From: an uncultured delta proteobacterium
Lineage (GTDB): Bacteria; Desulfobacterota; Binatia; UBA9968
Direction of reading: 5' to 3'
DNA length: 64,000 nt
NCBI GenBank assembly: GCA_963727625.1
Contig: CAVSHR010000002.1
Location: 448,001-512,000 of the forward strand
Below the pieces are notes generated by a model that ran no database searches, was not told where the DNA came from, and was given only the letters and a program-made list of their open reading frames with translations. A program made the position numbers and the translations under genes. This document shows, piece by piece, positions 28,723-39,366 of this stretch (its first letter is position 1; each line of letters opens with the position of its first letter).

Positions 28723-30002
28723 GCAGGCTGCTGAAAGATTGACTCGCAGCATGTTTTGTCTTGTTGTTTTCATTGTTGAGGGGGTCGAAGAGATTGATTG
28801 TCGGTATTTTTCAGACCTCAGACGCGCTTGCGAGGCTCCCGCGGACACACGACGGCCCTCGATTTACGTGGCCGGAACTGCGGAGGCCAGATTTCGCATG
28901 CGCGCCAGATTATAGGCAGCACAGGCAAAGGTAAAGATCCAATGGACTTTGCACACCCGCGATGGCGCACCTTGCGCATCAGCGCGATGGTCTTCAGCCA
29001 GCCGAAGCATTCCTCTATCCGTTTCCTCTTTCTCTGGCTGAGGGCATACCCAGCATGTCTGGTGGTGCGGCCATCAATAGCGCTCCCGCCGCGCCTTGCG
29101 AGGTTATGCGCTACATGTGGCACCACTCTCCTATGCCGGCACTCTTTCACGAAGTCCCGGGTGTCAAATCCTTTATCTCCAACGCTCAGCGGTTGGGTTC
29201 CCCCAATCTGCTCCAGCATTACCAGTACGGCATCGCGTTCCGCGGTCCCGTTGGCCTGGAAGACTTCCGTGTCCATGATCAGTCCATTGCGGTTTTCCAC
29301 CAACAGATTCCCGCTGTAACTCAACTTCGACTCCTTGCCCTCGCCTTTGCGCGCCAGCAGCGCCTCGCCATCGGTCTTCGACTCGTGCGTCTCATTGGAT
29401 CGCCGCTCGCCGCGAAAGTTCACCGTGGGATCGCCCGGATCATCCGGCGGAGGCAATGGCTTTCCCTTTTTCGGCTGGAAACTCTTTGCGCTCGCCCAGG
29501 CCTCCAGCAGCGTACCGTCCACCGTGAAATGCTCGTCCGAGGTCAGACCCCTTGCCCGGGCCACTACCCGCGCCAGAAACTCTTTGGCCACCTCGGCCTC
29601 CAACAATCGGTCGCGGTTCTTGGTGAAGGTGGTCGCGTCCCAGACTCCCTAGTCTGCATTCAGCCCCACGAACCAGCGGAACAAAAGGTTGTAGTCCATC
29701 TCTACCATCAGCAACCGCTCCCTACGGATCGAATACAGCATCTCGAGCAACTGCGCTCGCAACAGTTTCTCCGGCGCTATCGAAGGACGGCCTACGCAGG
29801 CGTACATGCTATCGAATCGTCGCGAAAGCTGGCTGAGGACTTGATCCACCATCGCTCGGATGCCACGCAACGGATGGTCTTTGCCCACCCGCGCCTCCGG
29901 CGACAAATAACTGAACATGTGATTCTGCTGCTGGTCTTCTCCACGCATGTCTTTTTCTACCATAGTCGCCTGTGGATTAGGACTAGTTTTTCAGCAGCCT
30001 GC
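28723..30002 (-). mobile_element. IS5-family insertion sequence
   Basis: Terminal inverted repeats gcaggctgctgaaa (28723-36) and tttcagcagcctgc (29989-30002); right flank CTAG, left flank CTGG. Confidence 0.88.
28864..29948 (-). pseudogene. IS5-family transposase with an in-frame TAG (29649-51) and a 3' frameshift (near 28957)
   Basis: MRGEDQQQ..MFSY.S.E.RV..DHPLR, GRPSIAPEKLLRA, NAD*GVWDATTFTKNRDRLL, HFTVDGTL.EAWAS.KSF, RKRIEE.FGW.K; a shifted frame gives WIFTFACAAYNL.RMRNL. Confidence 0.9.
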
Positions 30003-30703
30003 TAGAGCGCGGGTCGATCACGATCATTCAGAGCAAGACTCTGCGGCGAAAGACCATCGCTATCAACGAGCCGGCGCGGCAGGCGCTCAACTGGCTTCAA
30101 GAGAACCGCTACGGAGAGCTGCTCTTTATGTGGCCGTGGGGCGCGCCAATCGGCAAGGTGACCGTCTACGATGCCTTCAAAAAGGCCTGTGGTGCGGTCA
30201 AAATCGACGATTTCCGGTTTCATGACCTGCGGCATACCTTTGCGTCTCATCTCGTCATGGCGGGTGTGGATTTGGTCACGGTGAAGGAATTGCTTGGCCA
30301 CAAGACTATCAACATGACGAACCGCTACACTCACCTTGCCCAAGAGCACAAGGCGCAAGCCGTGGCGAAACTGAGCGAACGGATGCACGCGGAGAAAACC
30401 GCGACGGACGCTCAAGCGGAGATCGTTTCAGAAGAATTGAAACACGCTATCAACGCGGTTTTGACACCGAAGTTGGCACAAAACCGGAACATTTTTTTAG
30501 TGAGAAGAGGGCGCGGACTCGGAATCGTCAACGATTTCAAAGATGAATTGGAGGCGGCGAGCGGATTCGAACCGCTGCATCGAGGTTTTGCAGACCTCTC
30601 CCTTAACCACTTGGGTACGCCGCCTTGTTGTCTAGCTAACATGAAGATTTCACGACTTGCAACAACGGCGCAAATTATTGACAATCCAGAGGGAAACACG
30701 TAA
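30002..30703 (+). pseudogene. Tyrosine integrase, C-terminal catalytic half; 5' part lost at the IS5
   Basis: Frame open from the CTAG: LERGSITIIQSKT...FRFHDLRHTFASHLVMAGVDL.TVKELLGH.TI.MT.RYTHL; continues across the att site antisense to tRNA-Cys. Confidence 0.88.
30549..30624 (-). tRNA. tRNA-Cys(GCA)
   Basis: GGCGGCG acceptor stem, GAGGT-CTGCAAA-ACCTC anticodon arm, GGTTCGAATCC T arm, encoded CCA; 76 nt. Confidence 0.97.
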
Positions 30704-30717
30704 TTAAAACAAACTGA

Positions 30718-32648
<1,931 letters not shown>

Positions 32649-32752
32649 CCTTTTGAAATTCGGAGTGGCCTGTTTATAGGCTCGGTAAGCGCTTAATATT
32701 TTATACCTAAACAATTGAAAGGACTGTATAATTTGCAGGATACCTCGTTCCC

Positions 32753-32834
32753 TTGACGGCCTCTGCTTGTCTGGTGTATAGATTAAAAGTTGATTAAAAA
32801 ATTTAGCGGTCAACTGTTAGACCGCTAAATTTTT
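32753..32834 (+). promoter_or_regulatory. Putative sigma70 promoter followed by a 15-bp inverted repeat upstream of carD
   Basis: TTGACG-18-TATAGA, then aaaaatttagcggtc-N8-gaccgctaaattttt at 32797-32834. Confidence 0.5.
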
Positions 32835-33027
32835 CGAAGGTTCCTAGCACCGGATGAACGAGAGCGGAATGATCGAAACGCCCCAAGAAGACCCGCCGCC
32901 GATTAATCTGCCGCCCATCCGTTCAACCTTCCAACAGCCCTTCTCGTACGACCATAAACTTTCCTTAGTTTCCATCGGCAGGAGTTCGACTTTGCGAAAA
33001 CGGGTGACAGTTTCGATTTAGGAGGGA

Positions 33028-33516
33028 ATGAGTATGTTTAAAATCGGCGAGAAGGTTGTTTATCCGGCCCATGGGGTCGGCGAGATTGAGGCGATACGAT
33101 CCCATGTCATATTGGGCACCGAGAAGAAATTTTACATGCTGCGAATTCTCGAGACCGATATGAAGATCATGATTCCGATCGACAATGTCGAATCGGTAGG
33201 TTTGCGAAAAATTATCGATCGCGCCATGGTGACGAAAGTTTATAAAGTGCTGCGACAAAAGAAAGTTGAAACGGACCAACAAACCTGGAATCGACGCTAC
33301 CGCGAATATACCGAAAAGATTAAGACCGGTTCCATCCTCGAAATCGCCAAGGTCTTACGGGATCTTTTCGTTTTGAAGGGCGACAAGGAGCTTTCTTTCG
33401 GTGAAAGAAAGATGCTCGATACGGCGCGCAACCTTTTGGTCAAAGAGCTTTCGATCGCGCGCTCCCATTCGGAAGAGAAGATCATGGAGGAACTGCGTCA
33501 TATTTTTACTCATTAA
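33028..33516 (+). CDS. carD: CarD/CdnL-family RNA polymerase-binding regulator
   Basis: FKIG.KVVYPAHGVG, WNRRYREY.EKIKTG, LSFGERKMLD.AR.LLV.E; conserved carD-ispD order. Confidence 0.93.
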   Translation: MSMFKIGEKVVYPAHGVGEIEAIRSHVILGTEKKFYMLRILETDMKIMIPIDNVESVGLRKIIDRAMVTKVYKVLRQKKVETDQQTWNRRYREYTEKIKTGSILEIAKVLRDLFVLKGDKELSFGERKMLDTARNLLVKELSIARSHSEEKIMEELRHIFTH

Positions 33517-33536
33517 GTTTGTTATGCCTTAACCAC

Positions 33537-33571
33537 AAAAAGCCGGGAGTGCTGCTCTCGGCTTTTTTTTT
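33537..33571 (+). terminator. Rho-independent, probably bidirectional terminator
   Basis: aaaaagccgggag-tgctg-ctctcggc followed by a T run. Confidence 0.8.
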
Positions 33572-33580
33572 GAATAGGTA

Positions 33581-34279
33581 ATGCGAGTAACCGCTATTAT
33601 ACTGGCTGCTGGCGAAGGCCGCCGAATTGGCGGTGAGATTTCCAAGACTTATTTGCCCATCGCCGGGCGAGCGTTGGTGCTGCGGACCCTGGACCGCATG
33701 TTTTCGGCCCGTACGGTCGACGACGTCGTATTGGTTGTTGCCGCCGGCGAGTTTGCCCGCTGTGAGTCCTTGCTGAGCGGCGATATCGGTCTCCGAAATC
33801 GCCGCTGGAGTATGCAGCGCGGCGGCGCCACCCGCCAGCAGTCGGCAAAGCGCGGTCTGGAACGCGTCGGCACCGATACCGATATCGTGATCATTCATGA
33901 TGGTGCCCGGCCTTTCGTTTCCGCCGCGCTCATTGACCGATGCGTCGAGGCCGCCGCCGACAAAGGCGCAGTGGTGGTCGGGCTGCCGGTGCGCGATACC
34001 ATCAAGTTGGTGTCGCCGGACGGTTTGATTCAAACCACTCCCGAGCGCAGCGGCCTCTGGGAAATTCAAACGCCCCAGGTATTTCGACGAGATTTGATTG
34101 TTGCGGCACACGAACGGGCCGAGCGCGAGGGCGTTCAAGTGACCGACGATGCCATGGCGGTGGAGCGCGCCGGCGAGCCGGTTTACGTCCTCGAAGGCGA
34201 ACGAAACAATTTTAAAATTACTCTGCCTGAAGATCTCTGGCTTGCCGAATCATTGATCCGCGAAGGAAAAGTTTCTTAA
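33581..34279 (+). CDS. ispD: 2-C-methyl-D-erythritol 4-phosphate cytidylyltransferase
   Basis: IILAAG.G.R, GG.TRQ.S, IHDGARPF, QTPQVF, TDDA, N.KIT.PEDL. Confidence 0.95.
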   Translation: MRVTAIILAAGEGRRIGGEISKTYLPIAGRALVLRTLDRMFSARTVDDVVLVVAAGEFARCESLLSGDIGLRNRRWSMQRGGATRQQSAKRGLERVGTDTDIVIIHDGARPFVSAALIDRCVEAAADKGAVVVGLPVRDTIKLVSPDGLIQTTPERSGLWEIQTPQVFRRDLIVAAHERAEREGVQVTDDAMAVERAGEPVYVLEGERNNFKITLPEDLWLAESLIREGKVS

Positions 34280-35088
34280 ACCGCGCTGTTTTTTAGGACC
34301 TCATTCAGACTGCCGCTGCGGAATCCCTGCAGATCCAAACTGATGTATCGGAACCCAAGCTCTTTGAATTTTTTGACGATGGCATCTCTGATGCCAATTT
34401 CGAAAAGCCGTTCGATTTCGTTTTGAGCCACTTCGATCCGCGCCAGATCGCCGTGATAGCGCACGCGAAATTCACGGAAGCGCAGTTCCTTCATGAAGAC
34501 TTCGCAGCTGCCGACTTGCTTGAGCCGTTCGAGATTGATCGCTGTGCCGTAGGGAAAACGCGAAGACAAACAGGGGCTCGACGGTTTGTCCCAAGTCGGC
34601 AAATTGAGCTCTCGGCTGTAACCCCGAATGTCGGCTTTGGTCATCTCCGCTTGGACGAGGGGATGGCGCACGCCCCATTGGTTTGCCGCCTGTAACCCCG
34701 GCCGGTGATCCTGCAAGTCATCCAAATTCGTGCCGTCGACGATGGTTGCAAGACCGAGCTTGTCGGCCTCGGCGCGACAGATTCTGTACAGTTCGTCCTT
34801 GCAAAAAAAACAGCGGTTAGCGGGATTTTGCGAAAAAGACGGATTTTTTAATTCGTGCGAGTCAAGAACGATGTGGCGGCAGCCTAGGCTTTTAGCAAAT
34901 GCATTGGCGGCATCAATTTCGCCGGACGGCACCGTGGGCGAGGAAGCCGTTAAGGCAATGACCCGATCACCGAGAGCCAGATGCGCCGCCTTGAGCAGAA
35001 AGGTTGAGTCAACCCCGGCGGAAAAAGCCACCAGCAGCTCGTCGCTTTCGCTCAAGAGGCCGATTAGGTGTTCGAATTTTGCGTCCAT
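34276..35088 (-). CDS. larE: LarE-family ATP-dependent sulfur transferase
   Basis: FSAGVDS PP-loop, [48 protein letters not shown]. Confidence 0.9.
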   Translation of the reverse strand: MDAKFEHLIGLLSESDELLVAFSAGVDSTFLLKAAHLALGDRVIALTASSPTVPSGEIDAANAFAKSLGCRHIVLDSHELKNPSFSQNPANRCFFCKDELYRICRAEADKLGLATIVDGTNLDDLQDHRPGLQAANQWGVRHPLVQAEMTKADIRGYSRELNLPTWDKPSSPCLSSRFPYGTAINLERLKQVGSCEVFMKELRFREFRVRYHGDLARIEVAQNEIERLFEIGIRDAIVKKFKELGFRYISLDLQGFRSGSLNEVLKNSAV

Positions 35089-36017
35089 CGCTTATCGCTA
35101 AACAGATCCGTGCTCAGATAATGCTCGCCCTTGTCGGCGAAGATCGCGACTACCACATGCCCTTTGCCCAGGTCCTTCGCGACTTTTAGCGCCGCGCAGC
35201 AGGCCGCGCCCGAAGAGATTCCAACCAAGAGGCCCTCCTCGGCGGCCAGGCGTCGCGTATAAGCCGTCGCTTCTTCATCGCTTACCTTGATCACTTCATC
35301 GAGGATCTGCCGGTTCAGTACGGCAGGAATGAAACCCGCGCCGATACCCTGAATCTTGTGAAAACCCGGTTCTCCACCTGAAATCACCGGCGATGCGCCG
35401 GGTTCGACGGCGCAAATGCGCACGCCCTTCATTTTTTCTTTTAATATTTCACCGACCCCGGTTATTGTCCCGCCGGTGCCGACCCCGGCGATGAACGCGT
35501 CGATGCGCTTGAACTGCTTCAGCAATTCAACCGCGGTAGTTTTGCGGTGCATTTCCGGATTGGCGGGATTGTTGAACTGCTGCGGCATATAGTAATCGTC
35601 ATGTTCCTGCAGCAGCTCTTCGGCTTTATGAATCGCGCCGCCCATGCCTTTGGTGTCCGCCGTGAGGATGAGACGGGCGCCGTAGGCGCTCAAAAGACTA
35701 CGCCGTTCCTCGCTCATGGTGTCCGGCATGGTCAATACCAAGCGGTAGCCTTTTACCGCCGCGATCAGGGCCAAACCGATCCCGGTGTTACCGCTGGTCG
35801 GCTCGACAATCGTCGCGCCGGGTTTGAGCTTGCCCTGGCGCTCCGCGGTGTCGATCATGTTCAGGCAGATTCTGTCTTTGACCGAGCCGCCCGGATTGAA
35901 CGACTCCATTTTTGCCCAAACTTCAGCGTCGTTTTTGCCCGGAAGCATTCTCAGCTTAACCACGGGGGTGGAGCCGATGAGATCCAGTACGGATCGGGCG
36001 CCATTCAAGCTTGCCAC
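35064..36017 (-). CDS. cysK: Cysteine synthase A
   Basis: [47 protein letters not shown]. Confidence 0.95.
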   Translation of the reverse strand: MASLNGARSVLDLIGSTPVVKLRMLPGKNDAEVWAKMESFNPGGSVKDRICLNMIDTAERQGKLKPGATIVEPTSGNTGIGLALIAAVKGYRLVLTMPDTMSEERRSLLSAYGARLILTADTKGMGGAIHKAEELLQEHDDYYMPQQFNNPANPEMHRKTTAVELLKQFKRIDAFIAGVGTGGTITGVGEILKEKMKGVRICAVEPGASPVISGGEPGFHKIQGIGAGFIPAVLNRQILDEVIKVSDEEATAYTRRLAAEEGLLVGISSGAACCAALKVAKDLGKGHVVVAIFADKGEHYLSTDLFSDKRWTQNSNT

Positions 36018-36091
36018 AATTTATCTCGTCTTTCTTGAAAGGTGTGAAATTCGAATTAGGTTTGATTCGATGCTATATTCTAAGGTTGTCA

Positions 36092-37129
36092 ATGTCAATA
36101 AAACCAAAAGCAACGGCTCCCGCCGAGCCGCACGGCGCGCGCACTTGCGTCATTTTTCCGGGTGCGCTCGGTGATTTTATTTGCTTCCTGCCGGCTCTGG
36201 GCAAGCTCGCCGAACGCTCGCAGCTCGATCTATTCGCACAAAGCCAGTTTGCCGAAATCACTCCCGCGGGCGTGGCGGTGCAGTCGCTGGAGCGGCCCGA
36301 ATTTCGCCAGCTGTTCGCATGCGAACCGCTGGAAAGTGAGAGCCTCAAAAGTTTCTTCGGCCTCTACGACCTGGTTTATTCATGGCTCGGCAGCCGGAAC
36401 GAGCAATTTGTTGCGCGCCTGCAAGCGCACGCCGGCGGTCGGGCCTTGCTCTTCCCCTTTCGTCCGGAATCGCCTCAGGGTCATCAGGCGGATTATTATC
36501 TCAGCTGTTTGAATCTCGAAGAGGTTTTGCCAAACCAACCCATCATTGCGCTGCGCCGCGAGGCGATCCGCTGGCGCGAAGATTTCTGGGCTGACCATGC
36601 TCTCGATCAGCACCCGATCTTGGCGATCGCGCCGGGAAGCGGCGCGCGGGAGAAAAACTGGCCGGAGGATTTCTTTCTTAGCGTGGTCCAATGGTGGGGC
36701 GCGGCCACCGGAGGGATGGTGATTTTGGTGATCGGCCCCGTTGAGAAAGAAAGAGGCGGTATCGAACAGCTTCGTAACTACTGTTTGGTCGCCGAAGATT
36801 TGCCTTTATCCCGGGTCGCTGCGCTGCTTTGTCGGTGCACTGTTTACTTGGGTAACGATAGCGGTATGTCGCATCTTGCCGCGGCGTTGGGAGTTCGTAC
36901 CGTCGCCCTTTTTGGTCCTTCGGACCCTCGCCAGTGGGCGCCGCGGGGGGCAAAGGTGACGGTTGTGCGGCGAAATATCGCCTGTTCCCCATGCCTGGAG
37001 CCAACCATGAAAAGTTGTTGTCACCGCGCCTGTCTGCACGAGCTTCATTCCCCTGAGATTGTTGACATGCTAGCGGCGTTACCGGAGGTGGTTACCTTGA
37101 CAAGGTGCAGGGCAGGGATTACAGTTTGA
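36092..37129 (+). CDS. Glycosyltransferase family 9 (heptosyltransferase-like)
   Basis: PGALGD, APGSG...KNWP, GNDSG.SHLAAA.G..TVALFGP, C.PC...C..C. Confidence 0.88.
   Translation: MSIKPKATAPAEPHGARTCVIFPGALGDFICFLPALGKLAERSQLDLFAQSQFAEITPAGVAVQSLERPEFRQLFACEPLESESLKSFFGLYDLVYSWLGSRNEQFVARLQAHAGGRALLFPFRPESPQGHQADYYLSCLNLEEVLPNQPIIALRREAIRWREDFWADHALDQHPILAIAPGSGAREKNWPEDFFLSVVQWWGAATGGMVILVIGPVEKERGGIEQLRNYCLVAEDLPLSRVAALLCRCTVYLGNDSGMSHLAAALGVRTVALFGPSDPRQWAPRGAKVTVVRRNIACSPCLEPTMKSCCHRACLHELHSPEIVDMLAALPEVVTLTRCRAGITV
37097..37125 (+). promoter_or_regulatory. Putative sigma70 promoter
   Basis: TTGACA-17-TACAGT. Confidence 0.55.
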
Positions 37130-37312
37130 GCGAAGAAATTTTGTTGCAATTTAAACAAAAAAAATGGTTTCAGCCCGGCGCTTGCGTAGACGGTCGCCGC
37201 GGGTGGCTTAAGATAGCCTCTGCAACATTCAAATTGCTGCCTGGAAATCCGATGGTGCTCAACGGCCAGCCGATTTCCGGGCTTTTTTTCTTGTCGATCC
37301 GGGAAAATTAAC

Positions 37313-37747
37313 ATGGCCAACGAAGACGAAAAGCAAACCGAGGGCAAAGGTTTTACGGTTCAAGATCGGCGCCGTTTCTCACCGGAAACCGGCGAGGCCC
37401 GTGCGGATGCGCCCGAGGTGTCAGCGGAAACCGCTCAGGGTTCTCAACCCACGGGTCAAAAGGCCGAGTCGAAGGACCAAACCAATGACGAGACGTTGCC
37501 TGAAATCAATTTCTCGGCGTTTGTCATCAGTCTCAGCACCCAGGCACTGATGCACTTGGGCGAGATCGCCAACCCGATCAACGAGAAAGACGAGGTCGAC
37601 GTGCCGTTGGCGAAACAGATGATCGATATTATAGGGATGCTCCGAGATAAGACCCGGGGCAATCTTAATGCCAGCGAAGACCGTTTGATGGAAGACATCC
37701 TGTTCGATCTTCGCATGAAATATGTCGAAGCCGTGAAGAAGCGATAG
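37313..37747 (+). CDS. DUF1844-domain protein
   Basis: F.V.DRRRF, F..FV.SL..QAL..LG, AK..ID...ML..KT.GNL...E...L.DLRM.YV. Confidence 0.85.
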   Translation: MANEDEKQTEGKGFTVQDRRRFSPETGEARADAPEVSAETAQGSQPTGQKAESKDQTNDETLPEINFSAFVISLSTQALMHLGEIANPINEKDEVDVPLAKQMIDIIGMLRDKTRGNLNASEDRLMEDILFDLRMKYVEAVKKR

Positions 37748-37756
37748 GAGTCGTCG

Positions 37757-39250
37757 ATGGGTTTGAAAAATATCTGGGGTGGCGGCGTCAGTTTTAAGGC
37801 GGTGATGTTGATCGCCTTGACCTCGCTGGTGGTCGGGCTAGGAATCAGCGGCAGCTTGGATTGGTTGGCACCGAGCCGGGCGGTCAATCTTTCGGGCGAT
37901 ACCGGCAATAGCGATAGCGGTCTTTCGAGCGGACTCCCCGACTTCGTAAATTTGGCCAAGAAGATAAAGCCCATCGTCGTTAACATTTCGACCACGCAGG
38001 TGAGCGAAGGTCACGGTTCGCAAGAATTCGGCAGCCCGTTTGGTGAAGAGGACCCCTTCAATGATTTTTGGCGGCGCTTTTTTGGCGGCCCGCTGCCGCG
38101 CGGTCCGCAGCGCCAGCGCAGCCTGGGCTCAGGCTTTATCATCGATAGCGACGGCTCGATCCTCACGAACAATCACGTCGTGGAAAATGCTTCAAAGATC
38201 GTTGTCAAACTTGCCGATGACCAAGAGTATGAAGCCAAAGTTGTCGGCCGGGATTCGAAAACCGATATTGCGGTAATCAAGATTAACGCCAAGACCGCTC
38301 TGGCTGCGGCGAGTTTCGGCGACTCCGACCGGCTCGAAGTCGGCGAATGGGTGGTTGCGATCGGCAATCCCTTCGGTCTCGACAGTACCGTTACGTCCGG
38401 CATCGTCAGCGCCAAAGGCCGGCATATCGGCCAGGGGCCCTACGATAATTTTATTCAGACCGACGCGTCGATTAACCCCGGGAATTCCGGCGGCCCGTTG
38501 ATCAATTTGCGCGGCGAAGTGATCGGTATCAACACGGCGATCTTTAGCCGGTCGGGCGGCAATATCGGCATCGGCTTCGCCATTCCGATCAATCTGGTCA
38601 AAGAACTGCTGCCGCAGCTGCGCGGCAAGGGCAAAGTCGTGCGCGGTTATCTCGGCGTGCTGATCCAAAAGATTACGCCTGAAATTGCCGAGAGTCTCGG
38701 CATGGAACACGGCTACGGTGCGCTGGTGGCCAACGTATCGAAAGACGGGCCGGCCGATAAGGCCGGGGTGAAAGTCGGTGACGTGATCGTCGAGTTCGAC
38801 GGCAAGGACGTCAAAAACTCGGGCGATCTGCCGATCATCGTCGCGCGCACATCGGTGGACAAGAAAGTTCGCATGAAAGTGCTGCGCGACAAGAAAGAAA
38901 CGTATCTCAGCGTCGTCGTGGGCGAGCTTAAAGACGAAGAGGTCGTTGCCACCGCTCCCGAGAAAGGTGAACTCGGCTTAACCGTCCAGCGGCTTACGCC
39001 GCAAATGGCCGAAAGCCTCGGCGTGGAAAGAGCCGCGGGTGTGGTGGTTACCGCCGTCGAGCCGGGAAGCGCCGCGGATGAATCAGGGATTCGCCGCGGT
39101 GACATCATTGTGGAAGTCGACCGCAAAGCGGTGCGCAACATCGAAGATTACAAAAAGGCGGTGGCCGGCGTGCGTAAAGGCCGCGGCGTGCTCTTTTTGG
39201 TGCGGCGCGGTGAAAGTACGCTGTTTCTCGCTCTTAAGCCCCAGCGCTGA
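37757..39250 (+). CDS. degQ: DegQ/DegP (Do) serine endoprotease with two PDZ domains
   Basis: SLGSGFII, TNNHVV, IQTDASINPGNSGG. Confidence 0.92.
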   Translation: MGLKNIWGGGVSFKAVMLIALTSLVVGLGISGSLDWLAPSRAVNLSGDTGNSDSGLSSGLPDFVNLAKKIKPIVVNISTTQVSEGHGSQEFGSPFGEEDPFNDFWRRFFGGPLPRGPQRQRSLGSGFIIDSDGSILTNNHVVENASKIVVKLADDQEYEAKVVGRDSKTDIAVIKINAKTALAAASFGDSDRLEVGEWVVAIGNPFGLDSTVTSGIVSAKGRHIGQGPYDNFIQTDASINPGNSGGPLINLRGEVIGINTAIFSRSGGNIGIGFAIPINLVKELLPQLRGKGKVVRGYLGVLIQKITPEIAESLGMEHGYGALVANVSKDGPADKAGVKVGDVIVEFDGKDVKNSGDLPIIVARTSVDKKVRMKVLRDKKETYLSVVVGELKDEEVVATAPEKGELGLTVQRLTPQMAESLGVERAAGVVVTAVEPGSAADESGIRRGDIIVEVDRKAVRNIEDYKKAVAGVRKGRGVLFLVRRGESTLFLALKPQR

Positions 39251-39366
39251 CCATCCTTGCCGATTGTTGTCCGCGCAACGAAACGAGGCCGAGAATCTAA
39301 TGGCGTGTGCCTCGTTTCGTTGCTTTTGCGGCCGTTCTGCGCGACACTTAACTTAAATCTGAGGCG

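Larger units (their letters stand above)
22521..30585. mobile_element. Genomic island of about 8 kb integrated at the 3' end of tRNA-Cys
   Basis: Flanking 40-bp direct repeats, an integrase remnant next to the tRNA, an IS5, SRAP and HGGxSTG genes, and AT-richer intergenic DNA. Confidence 0.9.

Noticed and set aside
28962-30005. 347-aa plus-strand ORF in the IS
   Set aside because: Antisense shadow of the IS5 transposase.
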